A stretch of 64,000 nt of DNA from a virus (Duplodnaviria > Caudoviricetes), in IMG/VR virus record IMGVR_UViG_2974719393_000001, positions 1-64,000 of that record. The stretch is one strand, 5' to 3'. The notes beneath the pieces are model-generated. The model saw only the letters and a program-made list of their open reading frames with translations. It searched no databases and was not told where the DNA came from. Positions 37,401 through 45,157 of this stretch are shown in pieces. Positions within the stretch are counted from its first letter, which is position 1. Every line of letters starts with the position of its first letter. A program made the position numbers and the translations under genes.

Positions 37401-39072
37401 TCTCGATGGTAGACTTAGCTTTCTTAACTTGAGTTTGTTGCTCAGGAGTTACAGGCTTCTTAGTCTGTTGAGCTTTCTTCACAGTCTTGTTTACATCGCG
37501 AACCAAACGTTCTTCAGGTGATAGGGCTAACTGGTCTTTAGCAGACTTAGCAGCATCATTCAGTTTCTCGCCGGCAGACTTAGTAGCTTTAGCTCCTTCT
37601 GCTACAGCGACACCACCACCACCGAATGAACTGCCAGCAATACCACCGATGACTGCAGCTAGTGATGCAGCTGAACCATCAACTTCATTACCTTTAGCTA
37701 CGTCTTCCAATGCAGTTTGGCCAGCTTCGGTCACTGCTTCTGTTACGGTTGATTCAGCAGCACGGCCAGCAATACGAGTAACGGCATTACGCAGATACTT
37801 GTTATTAGTAGCTCCAGCAATGGCAGCTTTAACAGCAGGGTCAACACTCTCTTTGAGTGCACCAGTCCCGCCAACCAATACTTTATCGGCAGCAACTTCG
37901 AGGATACCCGCACCGAGAGACGCAAGCGCCATACGTGCCAAATCATCTTGGCCTGGGAGCTGACCTTCATTTTCTTTCTTGAACTCATTGATTGCTTCCT
38001 TATAGACATCGCCTACATAAGCTGAGTTAGTGATAGCCGCTGTGTACGGGTTGAATGCTGCAGCCATTTGAGGTGCAGTTTCAGTTACCATCTCAAATAC
38101 AGCCTCAGGATTATCCCATGCTGCTTCAATTGAGCCGCCTACGGCACGTAGAGCACCACCAATGGCATCAATCGACCCACTGAGGTACTGTCCATCTGCA
38201 AACGCGTCAGCGCCCTTCTGAGCCTGTTCTAAGCCAGCTTGAGTATTCTCAATGTTCTGACGGTTCAGGTCATCTTTGAAGATAGGGTCGATGTTCGCTT
38301 TCAAATCTTCGAAGTAAGCATCGTTAGCTTCTAGGTCTGCATATTCTTTTTCGATGCCCTCAACGAATTCACGCAGAGGTTTACCATCGTTATTTACACC
38401 AAGTGGCGCGAAGTTAGATTTAACTTCGAATTCACCAAACTGATTGCCAACCGTATTAGGTTTACCGGCACGAGGTGCATTCCATAGAGCGTAAGCATCT
38501 TCTGGAATAGTCATCTCATCTTTGGTCTTCTGTAATGAACCGCGAAGTAGTTCACGTTGGAAAGGGTCAAGGTCAGTACGCTGAGCCATCTCACCAATCT
38601 TTTTATTCAACTCTTCTTGCGCCATCTCATAGGTGCGCACTTCATTCACTGCATTGATTTCATCTTGAGACAGAGACTCAAGACGACCTTTCAATTCCAG
38701 TGTTGATGGTAGGTTGAAGATTTGTTGGCCAACACGAATAGCACCGTTCTGTAGTGAGCCAAGAATATCAGGGCCTTCTGAACGACGGATGTCTTCGTTC
38801 ACTTCAACTGCTTTATCCAGTGAAGAGTTCAAACGATTGAACAAGTCTTGTTCGATTGGAGATAGGTTCTCAGTGATACGACGAGAAGCTTCGGCTGTAC
38901 CTTGAGTAGCACGGACAGAGCCAGCTGCTAATTGAGCCTCTTTAGGTAACGCACCTTTCAGTGATTGAATAGCTTCTGATTCATTGAAGTTCGGTTGAGA
39001 AAAAGAAACGGAGCCATTATCGGCTCCGCTGTCATTTCCTAAACCATTACGGTTCTGGTCGGTCATAATCAA
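28420..39072 (-). CDS. virion-encapsidated RNA polymerase (N4 gp50-like vRNAP)
   Basis: 3550 aa, no Cys seen; 'ELDGVNNGP' motif A, 'RNETKSLITKLFY' motif B, 'VFDG' motif C; hallmark of Schitoviridae. Confidence 0.95.
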   Translation of the reverse strand: MIMTDQNRNGLGNDSGADNGSVSFSQPNFNESEAIQSLKGALPKEAQLAAGSVRATQGTAEASRRITENLSPIEQDLFNRLNSSLDKAVEVNEDIRRSEGPDILGSLQNGAIRVGQQIFNLPSTLELKGRLESLSQDEINAVNEVRTYEMAQEELNKKIGEMAQRTDLDPFQRELLRGSLQKTKDEMTIPEDAYALWNAPRAGKPNTVGNQFGEFEVKSNFAPLGVNNDGKPLREFVEGIEKEYADLEANDAYFEDLKANIDPIFKDDLNRQNIENTQAGLEQAQKGADAFADGQYLSGSIDAIGGALRAVGGSIEAAWDNPEAVFEMVTETAPQMAAAFNPYTAAITNSAYVGDVYKEAINEFKKENEGQLPGQDDLARMALASLGAGILEVAADKVLVGGTGALKESVDPAVKAAIAGATNNKYLRNAVTRIAGRAAESTVTEAVTEAGQTALEDVAKGNEVDGSAASLAAVIGGIAGSSFGGGGVAVAEGAKATKSAGEKLNDAAKSAKDQLALSPEERLVRDVNKTVKKAQQTKKPVTPEQQTQVKKAKSTIEKEQGILDLMRKTPGIPEAAIREQEKKVNSLQTRGADIQSQKVDKSVFTESPEEQSVDEYLGEVAYQISLDEDGELNENDYQKAIDTAVAKGATDEQVKTLTLIKEAAKTSAEVTDNIIVGDSDWRGGAYYISKIASAMEAGDEANASIQLVELARFSGYIDEKVKDFTTAQRKAKQLGRSVEVLRTEESEEAGVGIPYESLNGQPMFASGDKRTDLLLDKMTTDRDVLQSILDDAVEVYGGNFEQAQATIDGLIGGYVTEPEVDEDIESDNTDAVQDETSESVDGDSDIEVDSDGTVEPQYAANTKAVEQELDNVLVGSERNVKNSGVVSPDSDSLRSSDSEATSSEVFNISSLPESGDVVARAANSTQSPGVKRAIRELGKAIAYKERDGVLVEPLDSSIDEKHYTKALELIRQAIADKDFGKQLKTKGIGQEQMDAMSDRYFLADETDADAVYRAKNEFKEEAKVESFASDTALTRQLVFGRGIQQQLPADKATLVAKIYEHGKATFVGPIQAQFVKQMAKMKNPEYAKFNTEYASNFADATGQMVTFLLKGGMLAATDFVMNNAAVERRIVTSQVQAFGNLDSKAEVPHKLMQLAMETGIGDTKANLVESLGTNAMNIAGVKFSGAHANTRPRHISAMGNILFNALRDMGIITGKRVSVNKLAWAGAEYDNQAVIEKLKAQQAKQKFKATWDVESWPGNKNMGKYISYNGIVYEWKGKGYKVYDDTTQGNYIETFYIDPEATIGGMSVEQYLNNVKGASTGFSKVFGTDYTKRVPAMSTPRKNEGKIKGYQHKKLNKNQKAAQDKQSEQKLFLDKGIMRIKEIFGDQRIMRVAGWKAYDKDTTNKVVALTREGKNQTIQADLDGWNNFLVDMQGEADQFGYGSVSDVPFFANFFNSAYQRQFVDSQTFNYQSSKAMHRFAAHHGEQTFDMTDAGQKVAFLVSVAQGMGISADKLSSATSISKLDALVEENAMVVGLMQKFENGDALSEDQMDEIVDFAASEENMHTLLALREYARYRNALEAEQTSMQVVMPIELDGVNNGPITAILQSLTADMDFDAYLRRAGITIAAQDQRTAAERYEDKADGLYEEGAQAVQESLTQTSQVLKDEGMEAERLILGAQTTLKAMNPKLVSLKGGLKVNRNETKSLITKLFYNAGDASLLRAEVGEIMANFYGELQKVIDGTSSMGQERLVWTLAQAAASSKGQKRNERKTTGEWQAEVTKVYNNLMSQMDTPEKLINFELSVDIQAMLTDNMREDFSYGRAKLDGIKGVYESAVAQATMVSRMTSVGAVFARQRIENAIEARRAELEISRFEELPVKDLEKIYLELGDQLPNLKLDMHTAEDMSDAIPLYNYDSAPRGKEQISKYALKAGDATAPLFVTGQEITDVGAGGVAASTISVADASTIFGIMEQLNEGFMTVFDGVLINGLRMDVLAQAANASYMKSLRNNDTFSKILENYTAVVDGGINSLTPKYYEELMDAMRIKEDRRMDEGFVSSMFHLVQEEATVIADGIRKHAALSDQDLAVDQFGAVNDKTTVISNDGTVKDAFEELNPLNPDKDYYEKVESNNPMDAEINAKLPNSVTLAGFVTRNWNRHHSFNKRGTKTRLLNLIKQAGVENSEYATFLQEGLIDQVLLPAFEAIGSLPVIRVVDNAGMEQEVGGQHKGAYRYKDNTIFLNQDKAGANVETLFHELVHSALDIALVHSGRKSKRYAEDLEALAVEAKEFLEKNQALVTRFTPDGAVTDGINRHIPWVRKDGSINTREFLSWALTNYHIMTELAQAKSESNPRGLFGRIWNFIRRLIRRWTLGGNRIQEDSIFSFLFTTAAELAPKAQAPNRGQKGKSLQEDYANINNQEASKTFEDLAAISTMNQKDFAQVQEVFVSEILPAMENAKYDFLNSHANTAERLNELKDAGADIRVDNFKGSFNMSPVEEHTFQLYRAMMVEALSDNNKYAKEIADLYKNAKVVLKPEDFGPNGQAQYDSVFIQHGSPKQQVDTTTAGIENTYNRSEYLASFIALARVNPTMRQALNKAYNRRPGKNKGVKDIDVRAIEAGVDLFKKVAIDRYTGTKGLRNYKDRVDRLSKRMAVADQVGKSGLERKAERAFQKLDYGYGLYKKAFEKGMTGIFQNAVARAIKRAFTTVGGGVKRAFTSGQYDSLNELHLSLSHGIMAWLPRMVEEMLPTNERNKEFRRLSIGKTRAIAGARDGKTKAVKQVLRDIFKQDLTDAQNKALTRTLLDSDLRAIMESEHLDQQDVLALLRDEQKLDETIEVLKDLIAGKSGTYSNFHIRSALSLGTLIATGQASEQFTLPNAHAIAVQHVGHNSQDYIPSEVTPLIDQLATLVALKHQSKVDKDAAARVLEKPETYAALETMLSIYKQDMIDHRYEGNEFLTLKGGFNEVYDSFKDLKMVRKSDLNKLTSSNYSLVRRVQKDLYDGNPDELYLVSSSTGGLGEYQQGLYSTINAAQSGIKNLDGRTTFNGYDDYSTMQKYTKVTKAQKRLAMEAMFANSNTSTQLTNHLVPVLNAHGAVTGFQYVVSRAERENILGRDTNFIDILSQSFGRTVEAEGTVNFNNEINKRLKEAYDVAKVRGTTSRFIEVSKDAPTKRGREAYRMMPPEARQDLRRVWGEAAFVDSALFDTVYGYRKASIANVLRKHTEDDDRSMWVAQLGRALTINYRLEKPMIQAVLHGEKFLSEVSHTIKDLIVIRGLRVMLGNMISNTVQLVLQEDMPLRTAIKYQIEGISEARRYQEAQSKIRRLQFEKDIEPDVRKVKVIESRIVELQEELAKNPARHLIDHGLLTAIVEDVEEDTNPFSYMNKMQNKVSGLTNRLPKGARSATNALLVNKDSEVYRSLYMFTQLGDFSSRYAALKYRTDTKGEVTANDIDDVVDAFVNYDLPANKYLQYLGDVGQLWFFKYFFRIQNVIIRNTIRNPRRVFEYLALTNLTGVDISTYFDAFFLFNSITNKLGFFQYAEMGVESLPIVQVYDFAT

Positions 39073-40337
39073 TATCCTGTCAAATAACCTGGAAGTTTAA
39101 ATTCAGGACGCGCACCAGAAGCTTGTTTTGTCTGTTCAGCCAATTGCTTGTTAAACAGTTTCATCGCTTCCGATTGAACCGGAGTAGCGAGAATCTTTTC
39201 GACCTCGTTATTTCCGGCGACGCGTTGAACATTATTACTGCGAGCTGTTGATAGTAGTTTAGCAATGTTATCTGCTTGTGTCTTGCCCAAGTTTTGTAAA
39301 ACTGAAGCTTGGTTGTCTTTCAACTCGTACCATGCTTCCAATGCCTTACGTGTTTGTTGAGCTTTATCACTATCACCGACGCCAATAGAATCAGCATACT
39401 CATCAATAATTTTCTCATAACCATCACCAAATAAACGGTTAGCGTCTAAATCGATGTCACCAGAAACAAACGGTGTCCAGTCTTCTTCAGAAGCCAAACC
39501 AGCTAGGTAACCTAGCTCTTGTTTAGTTGGCACACGACCAAACTTCTGTACGAAGTAACGGTTCATTTCAGTAGCTTCACCACCAGATGCTTTGTTCAAC
39601 TGTTGTACCAAGCCTTCACTTGTTTCAGTATCACGTTGAAGATTAAGAACAGTAGGTGAAATACCGGCACCAGCTGCAACAGTTTCCAATTGACGTTCAG
39701 AACGTTCACGGAATTGTTGTACTTGTGCTTGGTCATACTGAGTCTGTTCATCTACTACAGCTTGCTGTGAACCAGTCAAACCGTATAAGGCATTATCTAG
39801 TGTTGATGCTTGTTGTAGGAAACCAGCTAAATCACCATCAGCGATGTTTGAATCACGTGCATACTTGACCAAATCTCGGGCAAGTGTGTCAGGGGTTGAG
39901 TTAGCGAGTACAGCGTCCAGACCATCATAAGCGGCCTCCAAGTTTGCGCGGTTAGTGTCATTACGAATGTCATCTTGCACACGACGACCATGCACATATT
40001 GAGCACGACCTTCAGCAGATTTACGTAGTGAGCGTTGTTGTTCGTTAGTGAGTAACTGGTCATCAAGACGAGTCTGTGCACGGTCACCTTCAGCTTTGTT
40101 AAGTAGAAGTTGTTCAGCTGCACGTTCATCACGATTCGTGGCAAGTTGGTTAACAAAGTCTTGTTGCTCTAGTCGGTCATCACGTTCTTGAACGAAACGA
40201 GCGTCTGCAACTGCTTGGTCACCTAAGTCTTGCAAAGCACCGAACGCACGGTCAAAGGTACGAGTAGCACCTTCGAGTGCACGACTAGCACCACCATCTC
40301 CACCAGTACTGACATTACGCCATGTAGGGGTAGCCAT
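39069..40337 (-). CDS. internal virion/ejection protein (N4 gp51-like)
   Basis: N-terminal 'MATPTWRNV'; synteny upstream of vRNAP. Confidence 0.7.
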   Translation of the reverse strand: MATPTWRNVSTGGDGGASRALEGATRTFDRAFGALQDLGDQAVADARFVQERDDRLEQQDFVNQLATNRDERAAEQLLLNKAEGDRAQTRLDDQLLTNEQQRSLRKSAEGRAQYVHGRRVQDDIRNDTNRANLEAAYDGLDAVLANSTPDTLARDLVKYARDSNIADGDLAGFLQQASTLDNALYGLTGSQQAVVDEQTQYDQAQVQQFRERSERQLETVAAGAGISPTVLNLQRDTETSEGLVQQLNKASGGEATEMNRYFVQKFGRVPTKQELGYLAGLASEEDWTPFVSGDIDLDANRLFGDGYEKIIDEYADSIGVGDSDKAQQTRKALEAWYELKDNQASVLQNLGKTQADNIAKLLSTARSNNVQRVAGNNEVEKILATPVQSEAMKLFNKQLAEQTKQASGARPEFKLPGYLTGY

Positions 40338-40338
40338 A

Positions 40339-40590
40339 TTAAATCTCCTCTGACTTAGTACCGTACTGAGACAGTACAGCTAGATAACGCATATACGCTT
40401 GTTCATCCAATTGTGGAATCTTCTCAAGCGCGTCTTTGACAGTCGTTACCTGCAAACCTTCGAACAACATGTTCAAGCCCTGAGGTGTTAACTGGCCTAC
40501 AGCTCCTTCATGCCAACCACGTTGCGCTTCTTGAAACGCTGATGGTTCTGGCACTTCTGCATGTTCATCTGGCATATCGAAAATATTCAT
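40339..40590 (-). CDS. small protein with scaffold-like NxFDMPD motif
   Basis: GAGG SD; MNIFDMPDE. Confidence 0.65.
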   Translation of the reverse strand: MNIFDMPDEHAEVPEPSAFQEAQRGWHEGAVGQLTPQGLNMLFEGLQVTTVKDALEKIPQLDEQAYMRYLAVLSQYGTKSEEI

Positions 40591-40599
40591 ACGAACCTC

Positions 40600-40956
40600 T
40601 TACGCATTTTGTTTAGCGGCAGTGTTCGTTTGATTTGCTTTAGCTGTATCGTACGAATCTTTTTGCATCGCATAGTTCTTATTGAACGCATCCTTTTGGA
40701 ATGCGAACATATCTTGAGCTAAGCCATATTGTTGGAAGCCAAGCCAAGACTGAGCAAGTGCATTGCCCACGCCTGCAACTTGAGTTAAAGCGCCAGCGCC
40801 ATTAGCGCCCCCGAATAGGAACTCCTGCTGCTGTGGGTCTAAACCAAAGATGTTAGACGCAGGAGCCGGCGTAGTCGGTGTAGTAGTTGGGGCCTTGTAA
40901 TATGGGTTACCACCACCAAAGCTACCAGTGAAAAATTCTTGGTCAGTCATAGTCAT
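40600..40956 (-). CDS. virion structural protein (N4 gp52-like)
   Basis: Gly-rich, 'GFQQYGLAQDMFAFQKDAFNKNY'; synteny. Confidence 0.7.
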   Translation of the reverse strand: MTMTDQEFFTGSFGGGNPYYKAPTTTPTTPAPASNIFGLDPQQQEFLFGGANGAGALTQVAGVGNALAQSWLGFQQYGLAQDMFAFQKDAFNKNYAMQKDSYDTAKANQTNTAAKQNA

Positions 40957-40959
40957 CTC

Positions 40960-43059
40960 CTAAACATTAATGTTTACGCCAAGACCCGGTGACAAAGACG
41001 GGAGACTCAGCTTATTGTCTACGTAGTAATTGACGGAATCCAATGTGCCAACCCCTGGGTTACCAGCGTGCACCGTCCGGTAGAGGAACGCACTTGGTGT
41101 TTCAAAATACTGCTCCTGACCGAAGTCAGTAAAAATATCCATCGGGTCTAAGTCTACACCAACTTCGAGCTCATCCCAAAGTTCCTCAAGCTCTGCGGTC
41201 TTCTTAGCAGCTTCATCTTGGAAGCCTTGAATCTCAGCATCTAACTCTTCAAATGCAACTTCCATAGTTGCTTCTGTTAAGTTGTTCGCTGCCATCAATG
41301 CTTCACTTGCAAATGGCAAACCTGACAGTGAGCCGGTGCCCATGACTGAGCCTGCTGCGTAAGCAGCAAAGGCGATGGAGAGGGCAAAGGCGATATTAGG
41401 TGGGAGAATCTCTGCCACCATCTCGAAACCTTTCTTAATGGCAAAGGCTACGACAATATCTGCGAGCACCAGAGTCAGTGTACTTAAACCAGCAACTGCA
41501 CCAGCACCAACAATAGAACTGGTCAAAGCCCCAGGCTGGTAAGTCACGATAGTAATGGCCACTGCAACGATAATGGTAACGAACTGGAAGAAACCAGTCT
41601 GATACCATTTCAACTTCACAACCTCATACGAGTTGAACACAATCTTGATTGCGTCATACATCAACTCGTTACCTTTCTGCAGGCCCATAGACTGAAGAAT
41701 GTTGTTGTTCAGGGGAATGACAAAGTTACCATTCGTCTGGTCACCTTCGCTATCGCGGTAGAATGCATTCTCAAGTGAGGTGTCTACAGTCTTGCCACCA
41801 TACACATGGTTAATGTGCATTAGGCCATACACGCGTACTTCACTATAAGTGTCATCATCAAGCTGACGACGGAAGACAATTTCGTCTGTATTTGCTGACC
41901 AACTATCTGTACCAATAGGGGTGTTGTAGTTTACTTCCCGTTCCATTGGCTCCGCCAATGTACCGGTCAGAACTCGGCGCTCTGTGTACAGGTAGCCAAC
42001 ATCAATATTGTATGCTCCATCCGTGATGTTCACGGTATTCATAGGAGGGGTATTTGAGTACTGAGGGTTAGCAGCTGCAACGCCTGCCCAATTGTCATAA
42101 GCAGATTTAGTAGCAGGGTTAAGAGAATGTAGATACACGAAATAGTCGTGTAGATAGCGCCAGCTATTAGGCAAATCAGTACTGATATCGACACCCATAA
42201 TGATATATGCGTGGTCAATTTCAGACTGGTCGGGATTCTCTTGGATACCAGTAACAACATCATCCAAATCAATGCCAATAATATCCAGTAATTTACGAGT
42301 AGTTGGATAGTCATCATCACCCTCCTCAACATCGTTATTATTCTGGCGAACAATTGCCACCGGGAAGTATGGGCTTTCAAGCGTAACACCCGGTTGTACC
42401 GCCAACTCTGGGTATGTCCCATCAGTAGTGTTATACGACCAATAGCTTACTGCAGAACCAGTCTCACCTTTGCGAATGTACTCCGCATGGTAGAAATACA
42501 CATCTGGCTCGACTCCGACCATAGAAATAGTTTCAGTTACGAATCCAGTACCGCCGGCATTCTTCTCATAGCTGTAACGGAGTAACAAGGTGTCTGAAGC
42601 AGTGATGGTGGCGTCCACGTAGTATACAGGGCCAGATTCACCAACTGGCAAAGTAGGGTACGTTGTAACAGTATCGTCCGATTCATTGTAACCTCGATTA
42701 GCTACCAACCAAGGAATAGCAAAGAAGTTAGCGTCACAGATATCAAGAGTACAAGTGACCAAGGTAATTGAGTATCCGACTTCGGACTCAATAGCATTAG
42801 TAACAGCGATGTTATTAGTTTGGAACACTTCTTTAGTGCCCTGCGGTAAGCCGTGTACATAGGTGTCTCGTCCATAGCGGTAGTACTGACGTGCCTGTAC
42901 ATAAATACCATTGAGGTAGTTACCCACAATATCAGGAGCAATATCACGGGACTTCAAAATAGAAGTCGTAACTGAGCTCTGTACGATGTCAGGCGTTTCT
43001 TCAATCATGCTCATGGTTTGAGCAGATACGTATGTCTTCTTCTTACTAAATAAACCGAT
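40960..43059 (-). CDS. virion structural protein (N4 gp53-like), probable ATC start at 43059
   Basis: 'KLKWYQTGFF' followed by hydrophobic segments; GGAGG SD 8 nt before an in-frame ATC giving (M)GLFSKKKTYVS. Confidence 0.8.
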   Translation of the reverse strand: MGLFSKKKTYVSAQTMSMIEETPDIVQSSVTTSILKSRDIAPDIVGNYLNGIYVQARQYYRYGRDTYVHGLPQGTKEVFQTNNIAVTNAIESEVGYSITLVTCTLDICDANFFAIPWLVANRGYNESDDTVTTYPTLPVGESGPVYYVDATITASDTLLLRYSYEKNAGGTGFVTETISMVGVEPDVYFYHAEYIRKGETGSAVSYWSYNTTDGTYPELAVQPGVTLESPYFPVAIVRQNNNDVEEGDDDYPTTRKLLDIIGIDLDDVVTGIQENPDQSEIDHAYIIMGVDISTDLPNSWRYLHDYFVYLHSLNPATKSAYDNWAGVAAANPQYSNTPPMNTVNITDGAYNIDVGYLYTERRVLTGTLAEPMEREVNYNTPIGTDSWSANTDEIVFRRQLDDDTYSEVRVYGLMHINHVYGGKTVDTSLENAFYRDSEGDQTNGNFVIPLNNNILQSMGLQKGNELMYDAIKIVFNSYEVVKLKWYQTGFFQFVTIIVAVAITIVTYQPGALTSSIVGAGAVAGLSTLTLVLADIVVAFAIKKGFEMVAEILPPNIAFALSIAFAAYAAGSVMGTGSLSGLPFASEALMAANNLTEATMEVAFEELDAEIQGFQDEAAKKTAELEELWDELEVGVDLDPMDIFTDFGQEQYFETPSAFLYRTVHAGNPGVGTLDSVNYYVDNKLSLPSLSPGLGVNINV

Positions 43060-43127
43060 GGGAATACCCTCCGCCCAATAATGGGCTACAATAGTATAAA
43101 TTTTTAATGTACCCCAAAGGAGGTCTT

Positions 43128-43628
43128 ATGACACAGAAAGGTACTTATCGTCAGTGGTTGAATAAAGTTTACGGCCAACAACGCTCTTCGTCAAAAACAC
43201 GCAATCACCTTATGCCTGATTATACCAAAGAAGAATTAGGGCAATGGATAACTGATAACTACGCAAACATATTTATTGATATGTTCGCGGCCTGGGTTGC
43301 TTCCGGCTATGAAAAGAATTTAGTCCCATCCCTTGATAGGTTAGACGATTCCTTGCCTTATTCCCTAGACAACCTGCAACTACTGACTTGGGGAGCCAAC
43401 GAAAACAAATACCGTACTAACAGGGAAAGAAATAAACGCAATCGAACAGTTGTAGCAACTTCATTAATAGATGGTACTGTAGCAGAATACCCATCATCAG
43501 CTTTAGCAGCTGAGGCACTTAGTTTAAGTCAAACTTCAATAAGTCGAGCAGCGCGAGGAGAAAGGAAATCGTATGCTGGATGGCATTGGAAGTTTAAAAA
43601 TACTGAATGGAATTTTGAAAGAAAATAA
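43128..43628 (+). CDS. putative homing endonuclease with C-terminal NUMOD1-like HTH, antisense within the late region
   Basis: 'PSLDRLDDSLPYSLDNLQLLTW..N' nuclease-like motif; 'YPSSALAAEAL.LSQTSISRAARG.RKSYAGWHWKF'. Confidence 0.75.
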   Translation: MTQKGTYRQWLNKVYGQQRSSSKTRNHLMPDYTKEELGQWITDNYANIFIDMFAAWVASGYEKNLVPSLDRLDDSLPYSLDNLQLLTWGANENKYRTNRERNKRNRTVVATSLIDGTVAEYPSSALAAEALSLSQTSISRAARGERKSYAGWHWKFKNTEWNFERK

Positions 43629-43652
43629 GCCCCTACCAAGGGGCTTTTATTT
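43626..43652. terminator. bidirectional terminator AAGCCCCT-ACCA-AGGGGCTTTT
   Basis: Between convergent genes. Confidence 0.7.
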
Positions 43653-43654
43653 AC

Positions 43655-44386
43655 TTATGGTGTCATACCGATACCGTTTTTGGCGTAAGCCAAGACACTA
43701 TCGATGCTCGTGTTGTTGGCCTCACTTGGGACCTCAACTGCATCGTTGGTAGTTCGGGATACAGACCATGTATCAAGCAACATCTTAGACAGTTTCTGTT
43801 CCGCGTCACGTGCGAAGCCATCAATCTGTGCTTGGTATAGCTCTTTCTGTTTACCGATTGAACCAGCCACTGGAAGAGAGTTAACCGTATCAAGGCGTTG
43901 AGCTTGTAGGTTGTATTTCTGTTCCACTGCCACTTCTGTATCAGCATCCAGTTTGAGTGCTTGTTTATCAAGGATGACACCTTGTTTGCCCGCATTCGCT
44001 ACTTGAGCTGTAACCAAGGCAGTATTCTCAGTCTCCGTCAATAAACGTTGATTAAGCAAAGCTGTCTCAGCTTGAGCTTGTGCAGTCTGGGCTTGGATTA
44101 ATGCGATTTGAGCATCCACCAACGCCGTGTCTTTAACAATCTTATCGTTCTGCAATTGTATTTGTGCGATTTGCGCATTCGTCAGTTCCTGTTGCAGTAC
44201 GAATTGTAAAGCAGTCTGCATAGCTTGTTGTGTACCACCGAGGTACACCTTGGCGTAACCGTCACCTGTTAGACGACCTGCGTCGTACTCTTCAACAAGA
44301 TGGGTTTTCATAGAACGCATCAACTCGTCATATAGACCAGCTTCGTCCTTGCCACCGCCAGTTAAATCGGATACCTCGATAGTCAT
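43655..44386 (-). CDS. virion structural protein (N4 gp54-like)
   Basis: 'GLYDELM...HLVEEYDAGRLTG', 'GKQKELYQAQIDGFARDAEQK'. Confidence 0.75.
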   Translation of the reverse strand: MTIEVSDLTGGGKDEAGLYDELMRSMKTHLVEEYDAGRLTGDGYAKVYLGGTQQAMQTALQFVLQQELTNAQIAQIQLQNDKIVKDTALVDAQIALIQAQTAQAQAETALLNQRLLTETENTALVTAQVANAGKQGVILDKQALKLDADTEVAVEQKYNLQAQRLDTVNSLPVAGSIGKQKELYQAQIDGFARDAEQKLSKMLLDTWSVSRTTNDAVEVPSEANNTSIDSVLAYAKNGIGMTP

Positions 44387-44390
44387 AAGC

Positions 44391-45062
44391 TTAGTCCTCT
44401 AGTGAGCCTTTATGTTGCTTCTTAGCCAACGCATCAAGCTCAGCTTGAGTTAGCGGCTCAAGTACTTCAAGAGCAAATTCACGTACCTGACGAGGAGTCT
44501 TAACTTCCACACCATTTACTTTCTTACCCGAGAACGCTTGGAACTCTTTTGCTTTCATCATTAGATAAATGCAGTAAGGTACATGGTAAGCATCGCCAGC
44601 TTCACAGTTGTATGGTACGAACTTCTTAACTGTACCGACCACTCCGTTAACGAAGGAGAACACTTCACCTTTCCATTCTTTCTTCGCTGGGTTGAAACAT
44701 GTGATTTTCACACGAACCAAACGAGTCAAATCTTTACGGATGATGTCCTTGGCGATAGGAGTGTATTCCAGTTGAGTGCGGTTACCGCGTTTAATGGGCA
44801 TCTTCGGCAGCTTAGTCACATCAATCTCACCATTCGGTAGACGAGGGGCTGTCTTGTACGTTAGTTGAGTAGAGGTGTCTACAGCGTCGGATGCTTTAGC
44901 AATATCTTCTTCTTCGATATCAGACTCGGCCAGCTTAGCTTTGATTTTCTTACGGATGGATTCGGCTTTAGCATTAGGTGAGTATGAAATACCCAGACGG
45001 TCAGCTTCAGCACGTGCAGCATTCAAATCAGCTTCAAGAAGTTCTTTATCAATTTCAGACAT
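44391..45062 (-). CDS. conserved N4 gp55-like protein
   Basis: 'LVRVKITCFNPAKKEWKGE...GTVKKFVP...FALEVLEPLT..EL..LA'. Confidence 0.75.
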   Translation of the reverse strand: MSEIDKELLEADLNAARAEADRLGISYSPNAKAESIRKKIKAKLAESDIEEEDIAKASDAVDTSTQLTYKTAPRLPNGEIDVTKLPKMPIKRGNRTQLEYTPIAKDIIRKDLTRLVRVKITCFNPAKKEWKGEVFSFVNGVVGTVKKFVPYNCEAGDAYHVPYCIYLMMKAKEFQAFSGKKVNGVEVKTPRQVREFALEVLEPLTQAELDALAKKQHKGSLED

Positions 45063-45102
45063 GTGAGTTTCCTTTAAATCTTAGGAGGGGTGATACCCTA
45101 TA

Positions 45103-45131
45103 GAAAAAGCCCCACCACTTGGGCAGGGCTT
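45103..45131 (-). terminator. terminator downstream of the major capsid gene
   Basis: Minus strand AAGCCC..GGGGCTTTTT. Confidence 0.65.
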
Positions 45132-45157
45132 GTGGTTTCATAAACCATTATAGACTA

